Of a stretch of DNA of 64,000 bases, positions 1-14,162 are shown piece by piece. Below the pieces are notes generated by a model, which saw nothing but the letters and a program-made list of their open reading frames with translations, was not told the origin of the DNA and searched no databases. Numbering within the stretch: the first letter of the stretch is position 1; each line of letters opens with the position of its first letter. This DNA comes from Hyphochytrium catenoides (lineage: Eukaryota; Protista; Hyphochytriomycota): assembly GCA_900088475.1 (NCBI GenBank), contig FLMG01001193.1, positions 1 through 64,000 on the forward strand, read 5' to 3'. The translations under genes were made by a program, and so were the position numbers.

Positions 1-110
1 CCATCAGAAGACTTCACAATGTGATAGAGTGGGTCAATAGCAATGTGATAGAGTGGTATTGGGTCAACACAACCCACATTGGCTTCCCGCGCATTGTTCT
101 GTTTTCGTTA

Positions 111-274
111 GAGAAGTGCGAGAACAGAACCATCGACACCTTGAAGATGGTTACTTCAAAGAAAGGCCCTTTCATCTATTTCTAACCTCAACAATGTCCC
201 TTGGTGCGATTTCGCTGTTCATTTGGAAGGGATTTATCGTGGGCCGCAGTGAAAAGACGGCTGAAGGCTGGTAA
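111..274 (+). CDS. possible last exon of an upstream gene (short hydrophobic segment)
   Basis: Pyrimidine tract plus AG at ~110, followed by an open frame ...FHLFLTSTMSLGAISLFIWKGFIV...EGW*. No recognisable family. Confidence 0.3.
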
Positions 275-334
275 CGTAGCTCATTGATAATTGGGATAAA
301 CAGGTTGCTACCGATGCACAAGGTGACCGGTTAT

Positions 335-3144
335 CTACAGACTTGATTGTAACATTACCCGGACAGTCTCCTCATAGCCCGGACCTGTATGCTTTTGGTT
401 CATTGGATTCTTCTTGGCTAAGGCATATAACCTTCGATAGACATCTCCATCATAAGCTCCAAGTGCTGAGCACAAGTAGTAATCCGAATGGTCGAAGGAG
501 TCTACAAGTGCAACAGCGTTCGGCCGAACCTGTGACAGCAATGTTCGGAAAGATTTCCGAAGCAATCTTCCCTGCGTAGGGGATAGGTACCCATCTTCCA
601 TAAAGTCGCCAAGATTTGCCTCCATCACGGACAAAGCGAAAACGCGATAAAGAAGTAGTAATTGGGTCTACACGTGATGGGGACATCGCGGGAATAAGCG
701 GTTAGAGTGAGGGCAACAGGCCGGAAGGAACACATACGAACTTATCCAAAAAATCTCTTCCTTACCTTGATGCTTCCCGACTCCATGCTGTGCAACCTGG
801 CCCTGAAAGCAAGAAGCATAACCTGATAACAGTGGGCAACAGAGGCCCTAATGAGGTCCATAGCGTTCGCATTCCACGCATCTGCATAAGTGGCCCCTCT
901 CTGAATCATACTCTGGACTTCTTGGTCAGCCTGGCAAACGAGCCTAGTTGCCCAGTGGCTACCGCCGTCGAATATTGTTAGCTTTTGTGGCTCTGTTAGG
1001 CCATACTTATGAACGTACCGAAACGCTTGGAGCAGCCCCTCTGGCTCGACAAGCTCTTCCATCGAAGCAGCATTGAATCGTTCCCTGGTGTAAGAATCGA
1101 AGGCCCCCAGATAGCTTGTGTTTCCCTGAGGAAGTTTGCCCGCCTTAGCTTGAGCCAAAGCCTTGACAAGGTACCGCGCGGTTTGCAAGCTCATGACATT
1201 GTTCTCTCCTATGTCAGTGTTGGTCAGTCATACAAGTCCTCAAAAGCCGTTTGTATGGCAGGGATAGGTGATTCTATTACCTTCGTAAGTACAAGCTGCC
1301 ACTGCATTGGTATACAGCTCAGGTAGACCAGAGAGCGCCGAATAACCATGTCCGCCGCAGCAACGGCGCGATACCTCTATTCCCGCCGCCGTAAGCCAGG
1401 TAGTCAGTGCTTTGAGGCCGGATGAGGTAGCATGCACCGCTGGAAGGCTATCAAAGTTTCCTTGGCCACTGCTTTCCACAAATCCTTGGTAGACATCCAA
1501 CATATAGCTGCAGAGAGGGGGGAAAAACAGCTTTTCAACTTCAAGCCCCTAGCACAGAGACCACTCAGCTATTGACTTACTTTCCAGTGAATCTAAGTGC
1601 ATAGCTCGTCGCGATCAGAGGGAACAGTTCGTACTGAAGGTTCTGATAGTCCCTAACAAGATAAAAGAGAATGAGCGCTTGAGGACACTACAAAGAGGAC
1701 CACATGAAGGCTGAGACCCTACATGATCTGTGTCTCCATGGGCTTCCCTTCTGGTGCAGTCTGACGCCGGACTTTGGATTGAGAGGACAGAGGAAACAGT
1801 GTGTGACAATCTATGTGGCCCAGTCTGAAAAGTATGACGTCGCTCACCTGCCGCATACCGGACAGCAATGGTTACAGCGCGCGAGAGCTGCGTAAAACCT
1901 CCTTGCACTATTGACGCCCTCACCAGTACCATGGTTCCATAGCTCGCCTTCGCCACCGGAGGGCTAATATACTTCCCATCTTCTGTCACCTAGCATAGCA
2001 ACGTTGAGTGGCCAGTTCCCTTAGAGTCACATTCTCCTGCTGTCTTACCTGTGCATACCTCATGAGCATGGCATCTCTGTCAATGATTACATGATTAAAG
2101 CGGAGAAAGCCGTTGTCTACTCCAGTAAAACCAAATTTTGGGCCTATGTCTCCAATCTCGATTCCCTCCAGCGGTAGATGAGTCTTAAGGTCGCGCAACT
2201 GAACCACGAACGGGTGTGGTCCAAAGTCTTCTCCGTCGATGAAGAGTCTGGCCATAACCACAGCGTGCGTTGCAGTCTTTCCTAGTCCCCCTATGGCGTA
2301 GAATAAGACTCTTGAAGATGTGAGTAGCAAAATGCCCTTTCTCTACCTGGCCACCATTTGGTTGCTGACAGCGTTGGGGAGTGGAGCACAAAGTGCTTGA
2401 AGTTCCTATCGTAGGTAGCAGTGGTCTCTAAACCTCTCAGAAAGGTCCCATGGCCAAGCTCTGTCTGAGCATCTTTGACGAAAGAACGGTTACGTTAACG
2501 TGCCAAGTGTTGGACAAACTGTCGAAGGGCCTCACATGTGCCAAGTATTTGACAGGTCACGGACTTCATGAACCATTTTTCACGTTGCTCTGGAGTCCCC
2601 TGGCTTTCGATGGTAGGAAGGAACATTCCCCTAGCAAAGATCAACCATTATGCACTGGATGACGTGAAGTTCGTGCCTCTACTACGTGCATCGGGAGCCT
2701 ACCAGTGCAGATCCATACCATTAGGATCGTCAATGATCCCACGTAAGTAAATCCCCCATTCACGTGGAAGGCCCTCCTCCATTACAAGCTCTCTGATACG
2801 CTTTGAGTATTGAAGCGCTCTAGCTATGCGCTGCTCTCTGGTGAGAAAAACACGATCATCCTTCCTAAGGAGTGGGTCGGATTCTGCCTAGACAAGCAGT
2901 ACGGTCAGTCAATATGAGAAGCGGCGATAGGGTCATATATTTCAGAGACCAGCTTCTCTACGCTGTGCTTCATCTCCACTCGATCTTTTCCTCCATGGAG
3001 CAACTCCGCCATCTCTGCGACATTGAATGTGGCCTTGGATCTCTCATGCTCCAGATCAGCCGGAGGGCTCTTGCTGGTCGAGAGGATGGCTACCGTGGAA
3101 GCCAGCTGTACCTCCTTTGCCGACTCTTCTGCTGTCTGCAACAT
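335..3144 (-). CDS. ACOX1: peroxisomal acyl-CoA oxidase (multi-exon)
   Basis: Spliced exons give [91 protein letters not shown]-terminus SSL (PTS1-like). Start codon uncertain. Confidence 0.93.
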
Positions 3145-3821
3145 ACTTTCTGGTGAAGCAGAACTCTTCAATCAAGGAGATGAGATGACGCCAGGAAAGG
3201 TAGAAACTAACTGGTATATAGCGATGTAATGCGGAGGAGTGTAGTCGGCGATCGCGCTAACGGCTTCGTTAGGTAGAAAGTTTAGATATGTTGAGACAGA
3301 AGGCAAGTGTCAGATAAAGCTTCAGTCACTTTGCACGGGAAAGAGCGACAACGGGGGAAGACGAGGCTGACGAGTAAAAGACGAACAGACTATGTATGAA
3401 CAAGAAGGGTGTCGGGAGAGGAAGATGATGCGGTGCTGAAGCTCGTCAACAGCACCGCCTGGCACTGGAATGGATAGATTTGTGCAGAAGCAGTTCACGT
3501 CAGAGTCCGTAGCAGGATGCCAACGTGAAGGTATCAGATTGAGGGGTCATCCCGAGATTGGCGCTTATTTAGCCAGTGGATCAAATATGCTAAGTAATAA
3601 TGACGATCTCTCCTCTTATAGATGGATGAGAGGTAAAAACGCCCAGCAATAGTAGCTACCAACAGCACATCAGATCCTATAATTAGCGCAAAAAGTATGG
3701 AGTAACGCCCTGGAAGTTCCTCAAAAGCTCCTGAGCTGACGGCACACTATCGTCCATCTCTAAAGCAGGCGCGGCAAAGACTCAATAAGAAAGCTGTCGG
3801 CAGCCACTCTGAAATCTTCGA

Positions 3822-6800
3822 CTAGGAGAGCTTATTGCTTTGAAGAGTGGCAGCTGATTCTTTGCTAAAGAGCCCTTTCATTCTGCTCCGTCTGTGAAGG
3901 AATAATTTGCCAATTCTCTGATCTTGAAGACGCCCCGTGACATCCGCATGGGTAATGACGTTACCTTTGCTTCCCTAGCAGTTCCCACCTTTCTCCGAAT
4001 TGGTCTAGTACCGTCATCACCTTCTTTATTTCCAGCAGTGGTTGGAAGCTACCGCGGAGTGTGCTCTCCGATGTTCCAGCGTTAATTGTGAGAACCCCGC
4101 GGAAATGGCCTAGGTAGGATTGTAGGCGTACAAGCTTCTGACAGAACGCTTGGTACTCAACAGCAGGCCCATCGCCTAGCTTAGTAGCAGTATTTGCGGA
4201 AAGGCTTTGTAGCACCTGGATATCCTCGTTAGATAAAGTAGCAAGCCGGTGAACTTCCTCCCAAACTGCCGCCTAGACAGTATCAGAGAATTAGTTAATA
4301 CAACGTGGCATTATGGCAGCCTGAAAATACTTTCAGACCGCTTTGTACCTTCGTTTTCAGCACCCTTGAAAAATATCGCCCTACCCTGGACGTAGAGGAC
4401 ATCCAACCAGGGAGAAGGTGTCGCGCCACCACCTCCTTTAGAGTGGCGCCCTTGAAGTTTTAAGGCAATCAGAGTTTTACATATCGGGGTTTCCCAAGAG
4501 AGCTATGAGAAAGTCTCCGCCCACCTGAAGCTCAACAAAGATCTCCTTTGACAGAAACCCGATCAGTGACGTAATCTTCAGTCCTCTATCCATATCCAGA
4601 CCCCTGTCGCACCACTGGTCCGCTAAGCGCCTTGCCAAGCAACTTCTAAGCGTGGCAACTACACCGAGCTTCCCAATAAATAAGCTCTCAGGCGAATCTG
4701 AAACAAATCGCTAACGTCATATGTCCCTCCCGGTAGAGGTGATGTCTATCATACCTATCCCCAGAACTCGGAGGTCTGCATGAAGCCCGCCATCAGTCGC
4801 ATATAGGTCTTGAAGGCCCTCTAGTGTTAGAAATCCACTAGAGTCCACCTTGCATCCTAATATTTGATAAGGACAGTGTGCCCACAGTCGCGAACCGTCA
4901 TCCGGAAACCCTTACCGAGTTCTACCATGGCGGCTTTGTAGTCTGCAGGATTAGCGAAGGGATCTCGGCCCAAGTCTGTCTGAAACTGCAAAATCTCCTA
5001 TGTGATCAGAGTTTTGGGTCAGCCCATGGCTCCCACTGCTGGTTATCTGGAGCCCGCTACCTTGTAGGCTAATGCACCGTCGCAGTCCTTGTCATATATA
5101 CTAAATATCTTCTGAACTGCAGCCTCTCCTGTTTTGGTAAGGACTCCGGGTTCGACGTAGAGTTGCTGGCCATCCACTGCCAAAGTTCTAGGCTGAGTGA
5201 ATATATATTGTCGTGATGATGAGGTGCCTTACCAAAGTTTTGCAGCACCTCCTCCAACAACATAGTCCAGGGCTTGAGACTCTCAACAGTAACCGTAAAT
5301 CTTGGGAGAGACGTGGCAAGTTCATCACCCCATACACTCTAGACACTCGCCATGGTAAGCTAGATTAGAGTCCGACAGGGCTGGTAGCGTACCAGGATGC
5401 TTTGAATAAGGTCGTTGTAAGAAAATAGCATAATGCGAAGAAGATGAGAGCTGGTTGACGACGAGCCGTCTTGTTCTGGGTAGATCCGCGCTGTGTCGTT
5501 TTAGGAAGGCAAGACATAGGAAAACCATATAAAAGAGGCAGGGGAGAATGGTGTTAGAGACCCAATTTTGCATTATGTTGAAAGACCCTTCTGGAACCGG
5601 GACGACCACTAACAGAAGCAAAGAAGGGCTCAATCTCTATAGTTAAGAGTACCTCAGAGAGGAGAGAATAGATTGCTGCAGGATGGCAAGGAGCGACCTT
5701 CAATATCCTGGAACAGTGGACCCAGATGTTTTTGAACGTACACATCCCTAAATATTTCATTAAGCAGCGTTTCCGTGTCGTCCACAACTGTGTCTGCATT
5801 AATTTAAGGGGCACAGGAAGAAGCAGCAAGTACATGCCGCCGTTTTAGCACCACCATCCTCCCGCGCATCCTGTCATAAGATCTTGTACAATTGTTCCAA
5901 CTGCGACGCGCTCAACGGCCCTTGCTTACCTTCTAGCGCTTCCTCCAACTCTATGTCTATCCACATCGCAAACCTCGCTCCCTCCGGAAGGATGGTCTGT
6001 GCTAGCACCTGTTTCGATATCCAGAGTAGCAAGTCAAGCTCTAGCCCGGGATAAAGAAATACGAATGCTAAACCTTCTGCCGTCTGTTCCAGCTAGCTAG
6101 TGGTGCTGTTGTGGCGGAGCTATTCCCAGATGGCGAGGTGTGAAGCAGCTCTAATGTAAAGGAGTTGAGCACACTTTCCTTTGGGCTTCCTACGAGGATA
6201 CTCATGACTATTTTCGCCAGGGATTCAGATTCTAGCTCTCCTGACGGTGCAGAAAGGGAATTCGAACCTGGGATGAAACATGATCGCTCAGTCCACATTG
6301 AGCAACATTATGCAACCATCGAACAGTCTTACTCTTAACCTGTGCTAGGTTCCATCCGTTGCGGTGTTTGCGGCAGGTTACCTCTCTATGAACTCTTTCC
6401 ATGGCTTTTAGACACTGTCTCTGAAGCTCCTGTCCAGGAGAGTAGGATTGAGATTAGCAGGCTTGTGCCACATCTTACGGAGCGCGGAGGCATGGTCGTC
6501 ATGCAGACCTGTAGGTGCCTGGTCAGACTGTCCAAATTTTTAACACCCAATAGATCTAGGTTGTGCCGTTCGACTAAGCGTGACCGTAGCCAGATGCACA
6601 ACTCATCTACCGGATAGCTTCCAAACTGGTCCACTGAATACCCCTCAAGTACCCTTCTGGCCTGTTGGAGATGAGTAAGAATGAGGTGGCAGAGACTAGG
6701 TCCAATCGCTCCTCACTTCCAAGTCCGGGAGCGCCAGGACCCCATTAGTAGAGGCTTCTATCAAGTCCTCCAGATCGTAAATCTCCAAAGGGTCCCCTTC

Positions 6801-8233
6801 GTCGTGTCTGCTCCGGAATCGGCCCAAAAGCTCCTTTAACCTCTTGACGGAGCCCTACCACACGCATTAGGTCAGCTCAGACGCACGGTTAGAAGCACCA
6901 CAAGCAAAATGGTGATAGGCACTCACTTCAATCTCCTGCATGGCCTGACGAGCAGCCTCGTCTTTTGTAGTAACTTTCTGACATCGCGTGTCAGGGACGA
7001 GACGTGGTCAAATATTCCGGTAACAATTCCTTCACCTTCTCTCTTTCCTGCCTCTCATAAATCATGATCCCTAGCCGCTTCCGTCGAAGCTTTTTACGCT
7101 GCTGTTCGAGGTCTCTTGCCTTCAACGCTATCCAGAAGTGGTTAATGCAGAGGCCAACAAACTAACTTAGTCAGAATATACCTTGGAGCTCTTGTTCGTC
7201 TTCACTATCCCTGCGCTCAAAGGCTCTCGCTAAACGCTGCTGTGCTAACGCGAGCTCTTCTTTTTGCCTTACTACATTAGCAGGTCAGTCAGAACAAGCT
7301 GAGCATGTTGATAGGAAGACTCACCCAGCTGCTGGATCTGATCCTCCAGAGTTGTGACTGAAGTAAGGCAGTCTCGCCAGCGCTCCAACAGCTTCTTCAC
7401 ATCCTCGCCCTTGGCCTACATACGAAGATAGGAACATTCAGATTTGGATACTGTCTTATGAAGGTGGGAAACATCACTACGAACGGAGATTAGTCCCTCT
7501 AGGTAGTGCCGTAGCTCAGGATTTTCGAGCACATAACGAGCTAGGATGTTGAGAGAAATATCTTCGCTTGGAAGGTCTTGTCCCGTCTTCCTCCCATAGT
7601 GGATAGCCCCTAAAGGTTGTGCATGAGCCAGACAACGACACCCTGGTGACAGACTCGCGAAATCTCCTCACCTCTAGCTAGTCGCGATAAATTGTCTTTT
7701 GGCGGCAAACGAACATCTTTATAAATGCAAACGCCTCGCGATACACCACGGAAGAGCAGCCACAACTCTGATTCATTATAGGTCCGTCTTTTCTCGTGGT
7801 CAAGTAAGCCAACAATAACTGTATGGGCCCAATTTTTCTAGGTGAGAGTTAAGGCTCAGTGTGGGCCTTGGCTAGCACTTTAACTCACATTCTAACTTCT
7901 GGATCAGTTGACCGTCCGATAGGAGTGCCATTGGCCCAAATATATCAATGGCAGACGCTCTCCCTAGAGGTTGATTAGTACTGCTTTTCCTCAACACACT
8001 TCCAAGGTTGACGAATAGCTACCTATTTTTTGCTGGTCAAACCTATCAAATAACTGTTGCATGTCTGGGTCTTGTTCGTCACCTCGGAGACCGAAGGTGC
8101 GACAAAAGTCTTGGCGGTCCAGGAGCATGATGGACATAGGATTACCAGCAAGGAATTTCAGGTAGCGGGACTGGACAACATGGAGAGGCACTGCGCAAAG
8201 TGGAGAGCATGGATGATAATCTGTTGCCCCCAT
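3822..8233 (-). CDS. large multi-exon protein with N-terminal EF-hand-like region and coiled coil; function unknown
   Basis: Hand-spliced N-terminus reads LFDRFDQQKIGRASAIDIFGPMALLS..KLEFIVGLLDHEKRRTYNESELWLLFRGV (calcineurin-B/recoverin-like layout). Regular GT-AG introns continue to a last exon ending ...LQSNKLS* at 3822. Confidence 0.6.
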
Positions 8234-9239
8234 TGAGTAGAGTGAACAGGTTACCTTCCAGTCCTAGAATACCCATCTGGTCCCGCATCGGGCCGATGGA
8301 GCAACTGGCGCCCATACTGTGGTTCCGCAGGAAACTGTCCAGCGAAGGAGCAAGTACTCTCAAAAGGGAAAAGAAGTAAGTCTTGTTGATCTCAGACCCG
8401 CCATCAGCCCAGCCGCTCAGCAAGGCAGGACTTCCTAGCTAACTTTGTCTCTCGTGTGAATGCTAATCACCTCTGAAGCAAGCACTCGTTAGGGTCCTCT
8501 AAGTAGATATGAAGCCCGAGATGGCACATTAAGTAAGAACTGACGATTCCCCAGAGTGTTGGCGATCAAGTGCTCCTGGCCATAGCATATCTATCACGGC
8601 TGGGAACTGCCCCTGCTCTAGTGCAGAGCTGTCGGCTCTGTGCCGCACCGTAGAGGACATGCAGGATTGGCCTCGTAGGAGGGAGAAGAGCTGGAGAGCC
8701 TGACAGGAGTCTGAAGGAAAGGTCAACAGATCAACTGTTCAAAAGTTCCTATGACCGATCAGAAACGCCTTCACACACAGTACCTCCCACCTCGGTCGGA
8801 TGCGGAATATCGTTCTCGCTAATTGGAATTAACCTTATTTAATTCGGAATATAAGTGGTACTGATGGTTCTTGAAAGAACCTTCTGCTGCGAAAGGTAAC
8901 AAGGTAACGTCCGTTATTCCTGACCTAGAGGCTAACTATCTGCCCTATTAGGCATACAGCTGTACCGATTCGTAATTATGGCTGTTGGTCGAGATTTTGA
9001 TGGTGTGGAGGAGTGAATGAATGATGGAACAGACACGGAAAGATGTTGATGTCTTGATCTCCCCTGCCTCCGCTTCAGCCTCGAGGTCCCAAGGGAGCTC
9101 CAGCATCCTTGCTCATCCAGAGCTCAAAAGATAGGAGGCATTCGTACTGGCCTCAGGGTTCTATTGCAAGGCGCAGTTCTGCACTTAACCAGGCCCAGTC
9201 TAGTAAGAGCCGCAGGGTTGTGCTCAAACTATCGTTACC

Positions 9240-12200
9240 ATGCGGCTAACGAGCCCTGTGACGTTCTCTGTATGTGGAATCATATGCACTTTGTGGAGGG
9301 TTGCTCAAGCTGACCGGAAACACTTCACCGAGCTGGGGGATGCACTAGACCATGACCTGGACATCACATTCGGTGGCCTTATTGGTGAGACTCTTACCCC
9401 TCTACTACGTCGCGGTAATGGTAAATCATGGCCAGTAGAGTCTGATGCTGATGGTCCGCTGCCTGCCACGAGTGAGGCGGAAGACGAGGACCCAATGGCA
9501 CGTACTCCGCCCGTCCATGCGAAGGAGGACTCGATCTCTCACCAGGACACTTCCTTCCTGTCGGATATGCATCGAGAGGAGAGGAAAGAGGAAAGCGAGC
9601 GCAAATCTGACGGTTTCCAGCCAGATTTGGAGGACGCCAAAACCAGGCACCCCATAACCTTTGATGCCAATAGTGATGTGGTTCCCTCAAGGAGAGGTAC
9701 CAAGGAGTCCGCAGCAAGGAAACGTAGCATCGACGCCGCCAACATTCAAAAAAACATGCCAGAAAATAACTTGTCTGCAAGTCCAACCATTGCTCCTGCC
9801 CATTCCGCTCTGGCGGACTCTGCTATGGAGGAGAAGAACCCCGTTATCGTCGTCAAGAAGGAGGGCGTTCGGCTAGATGACTGGGAAGAGGAGGGCAGGA
9901 CAAAAGAAGAAGAGGACGACGCTCTACAAGAGATAATTGCTTCGAGAAAAGAAGATAGAGAGCGGCCGTACCTGGCAGAAGCCAAAAAGCCGGTGGACCA
10001 CAGTCCCCCAGTCCCTAGTACAAGTTACGAAGCAGAGACTTCTGCAGCCCTAGGAGATGAGCCGTCTCATTCGCTAAAATACTTACCTTCTGGAAAGCCG
10101 AAGAGACTAGTGCATCTTGCGGTACGATGTCACTTGTTTGTGTTACACCCCTTGCAAGCCTTGATATCCTGATTGTGGTCTTTCTTAGGAAGCAAACTTC
10201 ACACAGGCGATATCTCTTTCCAGGCGCTGGTTGCTTATATTAGATACTTTGAGGTAAGTCGAGGGCTGACTTTTTTTTGGTGCATATCGCCCTAACATGT
10301 TACTCTTGAAACTAGTCCTCGGCCCCTAGATGCTCCTACGGAAGAACAGCTTATGGATCAAGTTACGCCGGGAATTACGGAGTCGATGCCTCTAGCATAC
10401 GTGCACTGCACCGCACAGAAACGGCTCTGCTCTAAGTTTTATTATCAAGACACGGGCAGAAACCTCGTTTTGGTTGTCACTGAACACTTCACTGGCACTG
10501 CTGAGACCAGTGATGGCAACCAACCATTGAACGGCCTCAGGGTTCGATACCGGCAAGTGTCACCTGAGATCCTTACTAAGGAACAGCAAACGCTAGCCAC
10601 AGAGACGGATACCACCAGTTGGGACTTTTTTTTGGAAAGATTGCCGCCGAGGACGAGTTCAGCGGAGGTATCCAACAGCACTCTGATAAGAGGGGTTGAA
10701 GCTACATTTGAGGATGTGGCCAGCTCACAAGAGGTGAAGGCTTTGAATGTCTCATCCTCGCTGGAAGAGGGGGCCACTGATAGAAGAAGTAATCCTGCCT
10801 TATCTAGCATCACTTCTCTGTATACCTCATTGGGCACCGTAATGATGCTAGGTGAGGAAAACTGGAGTCTGACCACTAATGGCAGTCTATGGGTGGTCAG
10901 CTTCTACACCGGACCCTGTCAGAGTTGTCAAAATGTGGCAAAAGAGATCACACTGCTCAGTCGGGATCCATCGTTCCCATCGTCAGTGCGCTTCGGGGCT
11001 GTGAACTGCTTGGTCGAGCCAAATCTCTGCGAAAAGCTCAAAGAGTCTTCGCTACCTTCAATTCTAATATTCCTTGCTTCCCAGACTCCAGAGCGCTATC
11101 CGTGGACAGGTAACAAATTGGTTGATTGTCTCTTCAACCTTCTTGGTCTCAAATTTACCCTTGATACAGATCATGTACCCAGGAAGGACGGGCAGAGCCT
11201 AAGCGTAAATACCGAAGACCTGACCCAATGGATATTGGCAGTCGAGCAGAGACATTTCGTCACGACAGCACCAAGAAAAATGCCAACAGCCTTCGCTTTA
11301 AAGGCTCAGGATGAAGTTGTGGCCATGATGACAAATACAGAAGCCCCAGAAGCAGCTCGGGCCGAAAGCATCTGGTCAGAAGAAGAGCTTCAAGCCTCAA
11401 AGAAGGAACCGCCTGGAATGGACTCTAGCACCAAGATGTCGCACGATGCAATGGGACGGCTTAAAGACAGTGCCCTGGCCTTGATGTACAGTCTTAACGA
11501 CGTGTGGCAGAACTCCACTACTCTGAACAAGCGTGGTCTTCAGGTAGCGCTTGGCTGGCTGGAAGTAACTTCTTCGTACTTTCCGCTAGCAGAGAACCGA
11601 AAGGCATTGCAAGGGCTGTTGGAACTCCTGCGACTAAAGAAGCAAGACGTCTGGACTAAGAATGAGTGGACGGCGGTTCTCAATGACTGGAAGGTACTTG
11701 CTGCTTTGTTGTCTTCCATGCGTCTTGACTGGTGTTGTCGCTAGCGGGCTTTCGCTTTACTTCCATCATCACCTCAAGATGGCTGCTGACGGCGGTTTTC
11801 CTACTAACCTAAAGATGCTATCACCAGGCTCAGTGGGCTTCCGCTACTTATCCACCTAGCTTATTTGTCGGCATCGCTCCTTACTCCACCTGCTCTACGT
11901 ATCCCTGTGCCATGTGGACCCTTCTACACTCGATAACGGCAAACATGGCCCATATCTCCGATGCAAGTAGGCGCAGCAGTTTCTGTCCTAGTGCGGGGGT
12001 CGCTGCTATTTCGCAGTACTTATCAAATGTCTTCGCCTGTGCCGAGTGCCGTCAAGGATTTGCAGCTAGAAATAGAAGAGAGGTTCGTGTTCCACAAAGC
12101 TCAGTCTTTGATCACTTCGTCACTGACATACTGATCTGTGCAGAGCCTTCGCGAAGCCCTAGCATCGAGCTCTAGGGCGAAAGGTAGTTGTGGTATGCGA

Positions 12201-12774
12201 TTAGCTCTCTGGATGTGGGAGGCTCACAACGAGGTAAGGCCTGCATTACGTTAGCGTGGAAGTATCTAGCAAGTCGCCGCTAAGCTTACGAGCGCAGGTC
12301 AATAAGAAGCTTTCTCGGCCATCGTGGCCCTCGAGTGAACAGTGCCCGAAGTGCAGAAACACCGTCATTTCGAAAGACGACAGTTGGGATCTGAAGGCAG
12401 TAATGTTGTCATTATACTCCACATACTCGCATCCCAACGAGACAATCCACTACGAGGTGCGAATACTAATGTCGGGAGAGGAGAGCGCTGGCTAACATCC
12501 ATGTTACCGTAAACATTCTCCTATCCTCCAGCTACCCGAGCCTCTCTCCGTTATACAGGAGAATACAGCGGAAGATAGGATCACCATGGCCTTCATCGCA
12601 GTCATTTCGGCCTGCGGGCTTCTGATGCTGTTCGTCGTCTGGAAAGTCTTGGGAACGACAGGGAACAGATATTGGAGAAGGAGTCTGACTGGTCAAACAG
12701 AGTACCTGCATAGGAAGGCAAAGGTTGCAGGCTACACACAGATCCCTGCACCGGTAGCAGCACCTGCCACGTGA
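9240..12774 (+). CDS. QSOX-like sulfhydryl oxidase, copy 1 (signal peptide, long acidic linker, thioredoxin CxxC, ERV/ALR domain, C-terminal TM)
   Basis: VVSFYTGPCQSC, FGAVNC, YPCAMWTLLH, FACAECR, LWMWEAHNEVN, WPSSEQCPKC, then a hydrophobic TM segment at ~12586-12650. Confidence 0.85.
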
Positions 12775-14162
12775 TGAACCTGATAATGGAGACGAGTCCA
12801 CTGTGAAGCAATATTGCTTGTTTGGGCTCAAGCTTGACGGATGCATATGCAACTTCTAAAAGTCAGTCTCTCGCCCCTCGCTGGGGCTCAAGCCAATGTT
12901 ACTGGTTTGATAGGAGGGCCAGCATTGGTTATGCTCTCCACATCAGTGCCAGTGAGAAGTCAAACCTCTACTATCATATCGACTGTAACATATGAGGAGC
13001 TCTTTCATCAGTCCGCCCTAATCCTGCAGACACCTCTCATGGGCTCCGAGGAGTTTTGCACAAGCGTGAAAGGGTCAACTATGGTTTTCCTAGTGCATGG
13101 ATGATAGTCGTACTATGCGGCCTCCTCTTAGCAGTTGCAGCTGCGGATGGTGGTATGAAAGATATGATAAGTTTCGTGGCCGGAGTGTTAAGCTTGTAAA
13201 CGGCATCGCGTTGAACCGACTTAAGACACATCAACTGTTCTGCGTCTACCTCATGGCATACATCAGCCAGTATATGTCAATCATATAGGATGGTATTAAA
13301 CCCCTAGCACGCACAAATAAAAATGAAATGCTACTGGTTGATTGGAAGGCTTCATTGCTTGCAACCCCAGAGACGCAGAAGCATAATACTGCCATTTCTA
13401 TATAAGATTGACGTTCACTAGCCAGCATATATCACTACCTATGGTCCTTGATTATCAGCAAGCGCGGCCGTGCCGCAGTCAACAGCCGAAGGAAGTAAAC
13501 TTGAGCGCTAATGGCCAAGCTCTTCAAGAACTTCTACGACGCATCGTGTCATCATTCGCATTGCAGCTCACCAGCCTTGGCGCCATCGCGTTCAGCGGTT
13601 GTTGCGCTGCAGGGACCAGCTCCGCCAGGTTTGTCCGTTATTTCTCTGGGTATCTGCAACTTCTTGACTCCTGGGGGAGGACACCATTGGCCGGGATTGT
13701 TGTTACCTGTAACAATACTCATCAGACCCACACATCATAGACGGAGACCTCCTCCAGGAGTTGGAGTGTGTTGAAGGTGTTTGGGGTGGTGGGTTTGCAG
13801 TCTGAAGAAGTGCTATGAAGGTGCACGCGGGGCTGATGAGCGGAGAGACAGAGGAGAGACGGAGGTCCTCGATGACAGCACGGCACTACGGTTCTGTCGT
13901 CCCTGCGCCGCCACCTGCACCCATCTCTTGTTGGCTACATTGCACCACCTTGGGCACAACGAACTCCATTAGACGAGACCCTCTATCTTCTGTCAGGCAT
14001 TCCTTCTGTCGACGTTCCCCCGGCTCCAATCTTTCCATCAAAGCTAGGCTGAATGAAGTGGCCGCTTTAGCTATTATTGGTGAACAGATAGGCGTACGAG
14101 AGTGAACGGGGTTGCCTGCCCTTGCCTACTCTAAGGACTAGATTAGAGGGACGAACCGCGCC

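Noticed and set aside
17-56. 16-bp direct repeat CAATGTGATAGAGTGG x2
   Set aside because: Only two copies 8 bp apart. This is a local duplication, not a CRISPR array or satellite.
12841-14105. Short ORFs between the QSOX genes (also those in 38400-41000)
   Set aside because: No recognisable motifs or consistent splice pattern, so treated as intergenic.
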